Source of the DNA: an uncultured Planctomycetaceae bacterium
GTDB taxonomy: Bacteria; Planctomycetota; Planctomycetia; Isosphaerales; Isosphaeraceae
NCBI GenBank assembly: GCA_963797295.1
Contig: CAWCPP010000008.1
Coordinates: forward strand, 72,545 to 136,544
DNA: 64,000 bases
Direction: 5' to 3'
This document shows, in pieces, positions 40,964-51,858 of this stretch; the first letter of the stretch is position 1, and the number at the start of each line of letters is the position of its first letter. The position numbers were made by a program, and so were the translations under genes. A model generated the notes under the pieces. The model had not been told where the DNA came from. It did no database searches and was given only the letters and a program-made list of their open reading frames with translations.

Positions 40964-43562
40964 TCAGCCTTTGGTCAAGACGCCAGTCGAGATTCAAGAG
41001 TACGTTTGCGACCGCGGTCCACGCAGCCAGATCGGCCGGTTCCATGCCGGGCGGGAGCGGCCCGAGCGGCTCGGTGGCCAGGGCCAGGGCGGCCGCGTCG
41101 GTCTTTGCAGTATCGCTCGTATTCCGTGACGATAGAGGTCGACCAGTGGCTCGACCTGCTCGGGCCGCGGCGGCCGGCACAGGCAGAGCCGCAAGCCGTG
41201 GCGAACGCGTGATGCGACGTTGGTGCCCCCTTCGCGAACGATCCGCCGCGCCAGAGCCTGGGCGGCCTCGACATAGACCGGGTCATTCAAGGTGACGAAC
41301 GACTGGAGCGGCGTATTGGTCCGGATGCGGCGGATCGCGCAGATCTCGCGGCTGGGGGCGTCGAAGACGGCCATCGAGGGATACGGCACGGTCCGCCGCC
41401 AGAACGTGTAGAGGCCGCGGCGATAACGGTCTTCGCCCTGGCTCGTCGACCAGGTGCGTTCGCCGTTGAACGCCGCTTGCCACAGCCCGTCTGGCTGCGG
41501 CGGGAAACACGCTCGGGCCACCGATCCTGCTGGCTCAAAAGCCCGCTCAAGGCCAGGGCCTGGTCGCGGACCATCTCGGCCTCAAGGCGAACGCGAGGCG
41601 CACTGCGCCAGCAGGCGGTTGCGCGGATCTTTCTCCAGCAGCTCGGGCTGACCTTCGACGACTGGCGGTAAGTCGCCGAAGTGACGATCAGCCGCAACAG
41701 CGACTTCGTGTCCCAGCCCGAATTCACGATACGCGATGGCCAGCCAGTCGAGCAGCTCGGGATGGCTGGGCGGCTCGCCCTGAGTGCCGAAGTCTTCCTC
41801 GGTCTCGACGAGTCCGACGCCGAAGATCTGGGCCCAGTAGCGATTGACGGCCACGCGTGCCGTCAGCGGGTTGCCGGGATCGACCAGCCACCGTGCCAGC
41901 CCGAGCCGATTCCTGGGTCGCCGTCCGGCGAGACGGTGCAACGACTGTGGCACGCCCGGCTCGACCACGTCGCCGGGGTCGAGGAAGTTGCCCTTGCGAA
42001 GAACGTGGGTCACCCGATGCTGGTCCGGGCGCAGTTCGACCATCACTGGCAGATTCGGGATCGCCGGTTTCGACTTTTCGAGCGCGGCGATCTTGTCGCG
42101 CAGCGGTTTCAACTCCGGCGTGATCGAACGAAAGTACTTGCGTCAGTGCCTCGGTCTGGGGCTTGGTCCGCTTGTCGGCCGGTGTGTCGAGGATCGTCTG
42201 GATTTCCTTGGGCAGGTCTTTGCGTGACGGCCGCGCCGGCGAGCTGCCAGGCCCGATTCCCATTTGGCCTGGGCAGCGGCCAAGTGCGGCCGTGGGCGTC
42301 TCCAGCGTTTTGCGCAAGTGGGGCGATCTGTTCGTCGATCTTCTGGATGCGTGCCGGAATCCTGCGCGTTGGCGCGGGAATGACCGGGTCCTCGGTCGGC
42401 AGATCGTGGTCGGCGGTCTGATTGAAGATCGCGTAAAACTTGATAATATTCATCATGCGTGATCGGATCGAACTTGTGGCTGTGACACTTGGCGCAGCCC
42501 ATCGTCAAACCCATCCAGACCTGCATCGTTGTGTCGACCCGGTCTTTGATCGCGGCCACGCGAAACTCTTCGTCGTCGGTTCCCCCTTCGGTGTTGGTCA
42601 TGGTGTTGCGGTGAAATGCCGTGGCGATTCGCTCGTTCGAGGGACGGATCTGGGAGCAAGTCGCCGGCGATCTGCTCGAGGGTGAACTCGGTCAAACGGG
42701 AGGTTGCGGTTGAAGGCTTCGATAACCCAGTCGCGATACCGCCAGATCGTGGGCCGGAGCGGGTCGGAGCCGTAGCCCGCCGAGTCGGCGTAGCGCGCCT
42801 GGTCGAGCCACATCCGCGCCCACCGTTCGCCGTAAGCCGGGTCGTCAAGGAAACGGTCGACAGCCTTCTCGTAGGCGTTCGGGGCCGTGTCGTGGATGAA
42901 CTGTTCGACTTCATCGGGCGTGGGAGGCAAACCGCGAAGATCGAGGCTGACGCGCCGCAAGAGCGTCATCGATCTGCTTCCGGCGAGGGTTTCAGCCCTT
43001 CGGCCTCCAGGCGGGCCAGAATCCAGAAGTCGATGCCGTTACGTGGCCACGTCTTTCGGACAGTTGGGATAGCGAGAGCGACCTGGGAGCGATCAACGCC
43101 CAGTGCGGGGCGTATTCGGCCCCTTGCTCGATCCAGCAGCTGAAGACATCGATCTCGGCAGAGGTGAGCCGGTTGCCAGCTTTTCTGGGGGGCATGCGGA
43201 GCGTCTCGTCCTCTTCGGTGACTCGCAGGATCAGCGCGCTGGAATCGGGGTCGCCCGGGACAATCGCCGTTTCGCCGCTCTTGAGAGGCTTGATGGCCGA
43301 TCACGCGGTCGAGCCGTAGATCCTTTGGCCCGTTTCGCTTCGTCTTGACCGTGGCAAGCGAAACAGTTTTTGGCAAGGATCGGCCGAACTTCGCGATTGA
43401 AATCGACCTGCGGGCTTTGGGCAAACTCTGGCTCGGCCGCCATGCGAAGCTCGAGCCGCAGTCAATCGTACGATCAAGACCACAGAGCAATCCCCATACC
43501 ACGGGCTGGCAAGATCGGTGACCGACGATGCAAGCTGCTAAGGATATGTGAATCGATCGCAT
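40964..43562 (-). CDS. PSCyt1/DUF1549/DUF1553 protein (second copy), at least 8 frame changes
   Basis: [96 protein letters not shown], ending ..[14 protein letters not shown].. with a TGA 7 nt before the DUF1501 ATG. Confidence 0.8.
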
Positions 43563-43771
43563 TCGGCTCGCTTCGGCAACGGTTCGGCGTCGGTCGGTTG
43601 CATATGCGTGAATCGAGTGGGTCTCTGGCGGGTCGCGGCGTGTCGCGTTTCTATGCGGGCGAGGGTTTGATTTCAGTGCACTAGCTTCACGCCATGTCGG
43701 CTACTTGCTGTCTCGAACTCAAGCTGATTAACGCACTCGTTCAAACTGACGAAGCGAAGAACATCCCGTGC

Positions 43772-45594
43772 CTAGAGGGTCCTGAGGAAAGCAACCAGAT
43801 CAGCGATCTCCTGGGATTTCAGCTCGAGGCCCCGCGGATGCCGTTCTTTCTGAAAGACATCTTCGAGCGAATGCGGCGCGGCCGTCGTGCAGCAGCGCGT
43901 CACGCCGGCTCACGCCACGGAGCGAAGGAGGGTTAAATTCGCGATTTCCCACTTCGTCGGTGAGCCCACATCGAAACGATCCGGCGACGTAAATTCGGGG
44001 GCGGACATGACAACTCGCGCATTTGCGAATGCTGAATATCTCCCGGCCACGCGCAATCGCAGATGCATCAATGGAATCGATGTCGATTGCTGCTGCAAGC
44101 ATGGAGGCGTTAGCGAGTTGAGATACGCAGCCAGGTCGGCCACTTGCTCGTCGGTCGGCTTGGTCCCATGCATGGTCGTGACGATCGACTTGCGGATTTG
44201 GTCTTCGAGTCGGGCAATCGAGCCCGTCCAGGTCCACGGGCCGGTCGTCGCGACTCCCAGGAGCGAGGGAACTCGCTTGGGTGCACCATAGGACCCATCG
44301 CCGAGCGTGTCGCTCAAGAGGTTGTTGGTGTGGCCGTCGGTGTGGCAGCTATGGCAGCTCATCCAGCCATCGTGCGACAGCTTGGCACTCGAAAACAGCC
44401 GCTCGCCACGGTCGGCCGCGGTGGGTTCGGGTCGCGGTCCCAGAGCAGATCGTCGCGGGTCGGAGTCCTGTCGCGATCTCGACGACGGAAATCGTGTCGT
44501 CCAGACTGTCGGCGACATACGCCCATAACCCATCAGGGCTCGGCAACACGGCCATCGGCCGGCGGCCCACGACAATGCGCCGGGGGCCTTGTTCGGGGCT
44601 GGCTGTGATCGCGACCTCGTCGACGCCTGCCAAGGCGACCAGCAGGTTGCCGCGGGCGTCGAAGGCGACATCTGCCGGGATCACCCGCCGCGTAGCCGAC
44701 GTCGCCCAGGTCGAATAGTTGACTCCCATCCAGCAGCGCGCCGTCAGGACCGGGCTTCAGCAACGCATCCGTTCGCAAGACGCGCAGATTGATTGCGAAT
44801 CAAAAGGCCCCAGTGGACGTCGTCAAGGCTGGTCTGCGCAAGGCGGCTGAGCGTTTGATGCACGACCACTAACGTTTGGCCGTTCGGTGCGAAAGCAAGC
44901 CCGCGAATATTATGCGCCGGCAGCGATCGGATCGAGTCGATCGATCGCCGCCAACATATCGACCATGGCTAACCGGCCGCCGAAAGCATCAGCGACAATT
45001 AACTTGCGACCAGTTGGCATGCAGAGCCAGCTCGCGCGGACAGAACGGTAAATCAAGGCTGCCGACGATCGTGATCGTGGGCAGTTTTCTGGTAGAGATC
45101 CGTGGTGCCAGGGCAAGAAACGTCAGCTCGCGCGACCAAAGTGAGGCCACGATACAACGAGACCCGTCGTTTGAGACGACCATCCGAACCGGGTCGGGGC
45201 TGACCTTACGCCGGTCGACAACGCGTATCGCGCGGTCTTGATAACCAATCAACAAAACCTCATTCGCCCCCTGTTCGACGGCGAATAGAAAAGGACTGCC
45301 GGGAATATCGGCAAGATCGGCCAGACCTCGGCCGACCTTGTGCTCGGCCACAATCTTTCGTGCGGCCAAGTCGATCAACGAAAGGCTGCCGCTACGACGG
45401 TTCGCCACGAGCATCGTCTTGCCGGCATCTATCCAAAGCAGGGCAACCGGCTGGCGCAACTGCCGCTCAAGTGGGACGGAGGGTTGGGGCTCGCCGCCGG
45501 ATGCAGTACCGGGTGAAGCGAACAGGGAGAAGAACAGTAATACTGATCCAAACACTGTTACAGGTGATCTTATTGTTCTTTTCGCCGTTTTCAT
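43772..45594 (-). CDS. Beta-propeller (YVTN/YncE-like) fused to a dihaem cytochrome c peroxidase-like domain, about 5 frame changes
   Basis: Signal MKTAKRTIRSPVTVFGSVLLFFSLFA, then repeated ..LVANRRSGSLSLIDL.., ..VVSNDGSRCIVASL.., ..LIVADAFGGRLAMVD.., ..WAYVADSLDDTISVVE.. Next come RGERLFSSAKLSHDGWMSCHSCHTDGHTN and RGREIFSIRKCASCH (two CxxCH), ending ..DLVAFLRTL. Confidence 0.65.
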
Positions 45595-47107
45595 GCACCA
45601 CTCGATTCAATGCTGTCTTGAGCGACTCTCGCAATAGCTCGACCGCCTTTTCAATCGCCAAATCGGCCGAGTTCTCACGTTGTGCTGGTGGGACGCGCGT
45701 TATGAACAGTGCTGGCCTCGCCCGGGTGTTCCGTATTGCGATGGGATAATCGGGCATGATGCCGGTCTTGATCTCCGCGGGCCGTCCGTCCGCCGCGAGC
45801 TTCGTCTCCGATTCAATAATCGCGGCGTCCGCAGGGCTCAGCGGCCGGCCGTCGCCACGCTCTAGCCGGGCCGTTGCCAGCTCGATCGACCACGAGCCGT
45901 CGCCGACGGGCACTCGTGACCGGATGACCGATGACTGCTCGACCGCCTGACCTTCCGCTGGCATCGTTCTCATGGCGCCAAACGTTGGCGTTCCGACGAT
46001 CACGGCCCGCCGATTGTCTTGGAGTGCGGCCGCTAACCACTCAGCCGCACCGGAGGTCGAACGGTCCACGAGAACGGCGATCGGCCAGCCCCGGAACAAG
46101 GCATCGGCGTCGGCCTTGTAGGTTGTCTCGCCCTGAGCCGTCCGGACGCGCCCGATCAGCCCAAGCTCGAGCAGGCAGTCGGCAAGCAGCACAGCCGGAT
46201 GAATGGCCATCCGCTGCATGATTGGACCTCGCAGGTCGAGCACCAGTGCCCGAGCGCCCTGGTTCTCGAGGTGGCTGGCCATTTTACGAAGCTCGTGCGG
46301 AGTACTGGCGGCGATCTCGTTAATCTTCAGGTAGCCAATTGGGTCGACTCCACCGAGTCGGACCTCCCAATTTCCTGACGGCTGCTTGCGGACACCGCTG
46401 ATCGTCGGGTGCGCGAGCTGACCTCGGGTGATTGTCATCGTCCGTGACGTCGATTCCGTGGGCTGCCGGAGTGTTATCGTGACCGGTGTCCCTTCCTCGC
46501 CTCTCAGCCGGTCGATCACATCGAAGACCGTCATGCCCTTGGTGACGGCGCCATCGATCTGCTCGATCAAGTCATCTTTCATGACCCCCGCTCGAGCGGC
46601 CGGCCCTCCCTCGATGACGCCTTGAATCGACGCACATTTTTCCTGGGCGTTCGTCCCCACGTGGATGTGAAGGCCGACATAGCGATTACCCTCGAATTGT
46701 TCCTCGACTTTGCTCTCCTTGGCCGAGAGGAGACGAGCACCGCCAAGGAGACTACCGAGCAAGCCGTCGAGTACAGCCTTCTCCAGGTCGACTGTCTTCA
46801 GAGTCTTGGCCGACGTGGTCGGCCAGATTTCGGCGAGAAATGCCGCAAACTGTTCAGGCGTCGCCAGCCCTGAAACTCGGCGGCTCAGGCCGGGCGGGAC
46901 GGGCGTTCCTGAGGCTTTGTGCAGAGCCTTGATTCCATCCAGAATCATCTGCTGCCGAGTCGGTGGATCGATGTGGTGCTTCAGAGCGGCTTCTGTGATT
47001 TCGCCGATGCGCCTGGCCAGGTTGGGCGGGGTCTTGGGCGAAGCGGATGACTGTGTCGGCGAAGCCTCATCCGCGATCGTCGCACCCGAGCCCACGAGGG
47101 CAGTCAT
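45467..47107 (-). CDS. S41-family C-terminal processing peptidase with PDZ domain
   Basis: 546-aa ORF with PDZ-like IQGVIEGGPAARAGVMKDDLIEQIDG and an S41 core ALVLDLRG.. and VLVDRSTSGAAEWLAAALQDNRRAVIVGTPTFG. The last ~40 codons overlap the next gene start (45594), so the true stop is probably earlier. Confidence 0.7.
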   Translation of the reverse strand: MTALVGSGATIADEASPTQSSASPKTPPNLARRIGEITEAALKHHIDPPTRQQMILDGIKALHKASGTPVPPGLSRRVSGLATPEQFAAFLAEIWPTTSAKTLKTVDLEKAVLDGLLGSLLGGARLLSAKESKVEEQFEGNRYVGLHIHVGTNAQEKCASIQGVIEGGPAARAGVMKDDLIEQIDGAVTKGMTVFDVIDRLRGEEGTPVTITLRQPTESTSRTMTITRGQLAHPTISGVRKQPSGNWEVRLGGVDPIGYLKINEIAASTPHELRKMASHLENQGARALVLDLRGPIMQRMAIHPAVLLADCLLELGLIGRVRTAQGETTYKADADALFRGWPIAVLVDRSTSGAAEWLAAALQDNRRAVIVGTPTFGAMRTMPAEGQAVEQSSVIRSRVPVGDGSWSIELATARLERGDGRPLSPADAAIIESETKLAADGRPAEIKTGIMPDYPIAIRNTRARPALFITRVPPAQRENSADLAIEKAVELLRESLKTALNRVVHENGEKNNKITCNSVWISITVLLPVRFTRYCIRRRAPTLRPT

Positions 47108-47174
47108 AAAAATAGTAGTTACGGAATAGGCCAGAATCCATATAAGTCTACCGCGGTTGTCGCCATGCGTTGTT

Positions 47175-49623
47175 TCACGGTTTCGGCTCCTTCTTGATCA
47201 ACCACACTTCCGATATTTGACAACCCCGCCCATTGCCGCCACGGTTCGGCTCGGCTGTCCAGGTAAGCGTCAGTTTCCCATCTCGTGTTGCTTCGGCTGG
47301 CAAGTCAAACTCGAGCGGCCTCATGTCTTTGGGCCGGAGCAAGGGCGGATGCACTTCGGTCGAGTCGTTGGCTTTCAATCCGATCTTTACCTGGAACATG
47401 TCGCCGCCGTAAATGATGCGCAACCGATACGACGCGCCGCGGTCGAGCCCCTCGTAGTGCATCGACAGCGGCTGGCCAAAGATCGTGCCGGCGTGGCGGC
47501 ACCAAGAACGCCGCCATGTCGGTTCCTGATCAAAGGCGGTCATCGGACCGTGGAACGATGCAGGGTCTTGGTCATACGGCGTCGGGTTTGGAACCAGGTG
47601 GGGCCGGCGGCGCGGGTCGCCAAGGTCGTCGTAAAAACCGCCTGGGCCGGGATTGGTCCAGTTCACGATCGCGTCGATCTCCTTCAGTCGTGCCGGCTCG
47701 CCGCCGAGCTTGCGGATCGACTCGAACCGGCCCTTGAGCCAGAGCCGGTTATTCAACACCTGGTCGATGGTGTCGAGATTGGCGCCGCGGCCGACATCGA
47801 TCGCCTGATAACGGGGCACGCTCAACTGCATGCGAATGCTCTGAAATAATGCCTCGGCCAGCTCGAACACCCTGGCTCGCAACTCGGTGGCGACCGGCTG
47901 GATGACGTGCCCGGTCGAGAATGCTCTGGGCCTGACCCATGGCCACGAGTGACCCGATCGTTCGGGGCTCGCGCAGGCGATCCAAGCGCACTGCTCTTCG
48001 AGATCGGTTTCGTAGATCAGGCGACTGCGCACGTAAGCGTCGTAGTAGGCGCGGTACAGCGCCTGCTGGAACCGCCAGTTGGCCAGCACGTGCGGGCGAC
48101 ACTTGCCGCTCGAGGGTCCGGAACTGCTGGAGCGTCGTTTCGACCGAACCGTTGGAAAGAAGCGGCCCGCGCCAGTTTTGTTCCAGTGCGAAGAGGCCGT
48201 GCGCAAAGTCGTCGGCCTCGCGAGCATTCAGGCCGACCAGACAGCGGCCGAAGTCTGCGCAAAACGTCGAGCACGTTGGCCTCCGGGTCCCAGCCCAGCG
48301 CGCTCCAGATGATTTTGTTGACGTCGTCGTTGCAACCTTCCGAATAGGTGATGAAGCCGATCGTCTGATCAGCGAATGCGTGAAATATTGCCGCTTCATC
48401 GCGAGGGCGAGGGTTGATCACTTCACGCGCTTCGGTGAGGGAATAGGCAACGTCCCAGTCAGGAACCGGGTACTGGCACCGCAGGCTGTGCGTGATGTCC
48501 GGGTAATCGCGGATGGGGTATCTGGCGGGCAGTGCCTTTCGCAACTCGGGCAAGCTCACTGCGCACCTGCGGACCGAACACGACGCCGGCGAGCCAGGCC
48601 GGCTCGGCTTTCATGAGCGAGAGAAATTCGTCGAACCATTCTCGAGTAAAGCTTTGCGGCGACATCCAAATCGCGGCTTTGGGATGATAGCGCCTGCAGG
48701 TTTTCGGCCTGTTTTTCCAGGAGGTCCATCAGGAACTTGGGACGCGTGTGACCAGGGTCGCCGCCGGGCACGAAAACAGCATCAATCCGCGGCAGCTTCT
48801 TGAACACTTCTGCCCACTCGGCCAGTGCGTGCTCGACGGTCTTGGGATCGGCATAATCAGGGTCCATCGCCGGATACCAGATCCAGACGTCCATGCCATA
48901 GTCGTCGCAAATCTGGGACATGCCGGCCATCATCTCAAGAGGAGGCAGGGGGAAATGCGGGCTGTCGGCTGCGTCATCCGAGCGGGGCGGGATCAGCTCA
49001 ATGGCATTGGTACCGAAGATAGCCAGCTCGCGAATGTAGCGATCCCACTGCGCCAGGTCCCAGGCGTCGTACGAGTTGGTCTTGGGACGATAGCCGAGCT
49101 GGTGCCCGCGGATCCGATACTTGGGCGCCGATGCCAGGTTGAGCGCCTCCGGCAATAGGACTTGCCCGGGGGCCATTCTTAACTCACGCAAGAGACGACC
49201 GACGCCAAAGAGGACGCCACGGGCGTCGTTGCCCACGATAGACACGACCGGCGCGGCGTCGGCGCTGACTACGGTCTGAATGCGAAAGCCTTCTTCAGCC
49301 TTACCAGGGGGTTGAGAGCGAACGAGTTGACCGTACTGGCTCGGCAACGATTCGAGCATGGCGGCCGGCCCGACCGCGATGACGGGTACGCGCTTCGTCG
49401 GCCAGCGAATCATTGTATTCCAGCCGATGCGCGATCGACGGCGAACTTCTTCGACCAGGAGCCGTACCGCCTTGGCTTCGGTGCCCGAGAGCCCGTCGGG
49501 AACGACGACGACCGCGTTGGCCAGGTCGATCTCGGCGGCTCTTAGACCGGCACGGCTTCCACCGATGCTGGACAGGACTAACGCGAGCAGCAGGCGTTGA
49601 CCGGTAGAATTCAAGCCGAGCAT
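47175..49623 (-). CDS. Secreted putative glycoside hydrolase (GH20b/alpha-glucuronidase-like N-domain plus TIM-barrel-like core), 2-3 frame changes
   Basis: Three abutting minus-strand ORFs (48556..49665, 48017..48559, 47175..48227). Signal MLGLNSTGQRLLLALVLSS; GFRIQTVV..VSIVGNDARGVLFGVGRLLREL; IRGHQLGYRPKTNSYDAWDLAQWDRYIRELAIFGTNAIELIPP. The functional call is tentative. Confidence 0.45.
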
Positions 49624-49640
49624 CCGGGCATCTCTCCTTT

Positions 49641-51666
49641 TCAAGGCTGGTCCCAGTTCAGCCACGCGGCCGGATCAGCGTCCGAAGGCATTCGCCAGTC
49701 GCCGCGCGGCGAAAGGCTGACAGTGCCGACCTTGGGCCCATCGGGAATGCACGACCGCTTGTATTGCTGATGGAAGAATCGGTTGAAAAACGTGCGGATC
49801 GTCCGCTCGATGAGCTCGCGAGGATAGTGCTGAGTGAAGGTGGCAAACTGGCTCAAGAACAAGATCTTCGCCGGGCGAATATCCGCAGCGAACCGCGTGA
49901 TAAAGGATGAAGTCGAGCACCTCATAAGGGCCGAGAGTCGCTTCGGTCGATTGCTCGATCTCGCCCGCCGCCCCGGCCGGCAAAAGCTCCGGCGAGATCG
50001 TCGTCTCCACGATCGATAGCAACGTCTGCCGGACTGCTCCCTCCGGGAACTGGTTGAGCGCCACATACCGGACCAGGAACTTGACCAGCGTCTTGGGGAT
50101 CGAGCAATTTGGATTATACATGCTCATGTGATCGCCATTATAGGTCGACCAGCCCAGCGCCAGCTCGGAGAGGTCGCCGGTGCCGACGACGAACCCCTTC
50201 GACATGAGCAGGAACGTTCGAAGCCGGGCCTGTACGTTTTCAAACGTGAGGTCGCTCAGGGCTTCGCGCGGCACGCGGGCCAGGGCGGCGCAGAATGCCT
50301 CCATGTCGAGGCCATCGCAGTCGATCCCGAACGGAGCGTGGCCGATTTCCTTGAATGTCTGAAGCGCCAGCGCCCTGATATCGATCGTTTCGGCGGCGAC
50401 GCCCAGGTGTTCCATCAGTGCCAGCGCATTGGTCCGGGTTCGCTGGGTGGTGCCGAAGCCGGGCATGGTGAGGCCGTGGATCAGCCGGCGGTCAAGGCCG
50501 AGCATGTCGCACGTCGCTACCGTGACCAGGAGCGCGAGCGTGGAATCGAGGCCTCCGGAGACTCCGAGGTTAAGTGGCGTGTGCCGGGGGAAGCTGTTCG
50601 ATTCGCTTGGCCAGGCCCGCGCACTGGATGCCGAAGATCTCGGCGCAGCGGCGGTGGAGCTCGGGCCCTTCCACCGGTACGAACGGCGTGCCCGGTACGT
50701 CGCGCTTCAAGCCGTCCATGGTTCGCGAAAGGGAAAACGGAACCAGACGGAATGGCTTCACGACCGGCGAGCCGTCATCGAAGCTGGTCGTGACGCGGCG
50801 ATCGCTCAGCAGTTTGGCGACATCGACGTCACGAGTGATCGTGTAAGAGTCGCGGCGGATCGGCTGGCCGTCTCCGACCCGCGGCGATTCGGCCAGCAGG
50901 CGGCCGTTTTCGGCGATCAGGCAATGGCCGCCGAAAACAACGTCGGTGGTGGATTCGGAAGGCCCGCTGCCAGCCATCGCGTAGGCGGAAATCGTGCGGC
51001 CCGATTGACCCACGACAAGATCCGTCCGATACCGGCTCTTGCCGATCGTCTCGTTGCTGGCCGAAAGGTTGAGCAAGATCGTCGCCCCGGCCATGGCCTG
51101 AAAGGCACTCGGCGGTACGGGCACCCACAGGTCTTCGCAGATCTCGACGCCCACGAGAACGCTGCCGTTTCCTGGTAGGCCTCCGTCGCCTTTCGCCTCG
51201 AAAAGGAGGTCGATTCCCAAGGGGACGGAGCTGGCCGCCCAGCTCGATCTCGGCGGGGAGCGTTGGCCGTGGCCGGGCTGAACCAGCGCAGCTCGTAGAA
51301 TTCCTTGTAGTTCGGGATATACTGTTTGGCGACGATTCCCCGGATCACGCCGTCGCTCAATACAACAGCACAATTGAACAGACTGTTGCCGGCGGGGATC
51401 GGCGCCCCGACGACGACGAGCTGCTTGCGGCCGACTGTCGCCCGGGCGATCCGCAGGATGGCCCGATTCGCGGCGTCCAGGAGCGTCGACTGTCCAAAGA
51501 GATCGGCGCAGGTGTAGCCCGTGACGCACAGTTCCGGGTAGAGGACGATGTCGCTGTCGGGCACTTGCTCGAGGATGCGAACGATCTCGGCCGCGTTGGC
51601 GGCCGGGTTGGCGACCGTCGTCCGCGGCGAGGCGCAGGTGATACGGACAAACCCATATTGGTTCAT
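49641..51666 (-). CDS. nadE: Glutamine-dependent NAD+ synthetase (long form), about 3 frame changes
   Basis: CN-hydrolase domain MNQYGFVRITCASPRTTVANPAANAAEIV..LYPELCVTGYTCADLF.., VEICEDLWVP, LLNLSASNE. Synthetase domain LGVSGGLDSTLALLV.., GTGDLSELALGWSTYNGDHMSMYNPNCSIPKTLV.., ending ..SLSPRGDWRMPSDA. Confidence 0.85.
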
Positions 51667-51858
51667 TTGAATCGTTCATTTGATCGGCGGCCATCGTGTT
51701 GACGCCGGGACGGGTTGACCCAGATTTCTTCGAGAGTGACAGATTCTTCAGGCGAGGCTCGGTTGCGGCCGACCATTCATATCTGCTATTGGGTTGAACG
51801 GAATGCAGACCTCGCAATCGATTCATTCCCCACTCTCCATACCCGATCAGGAAACACC

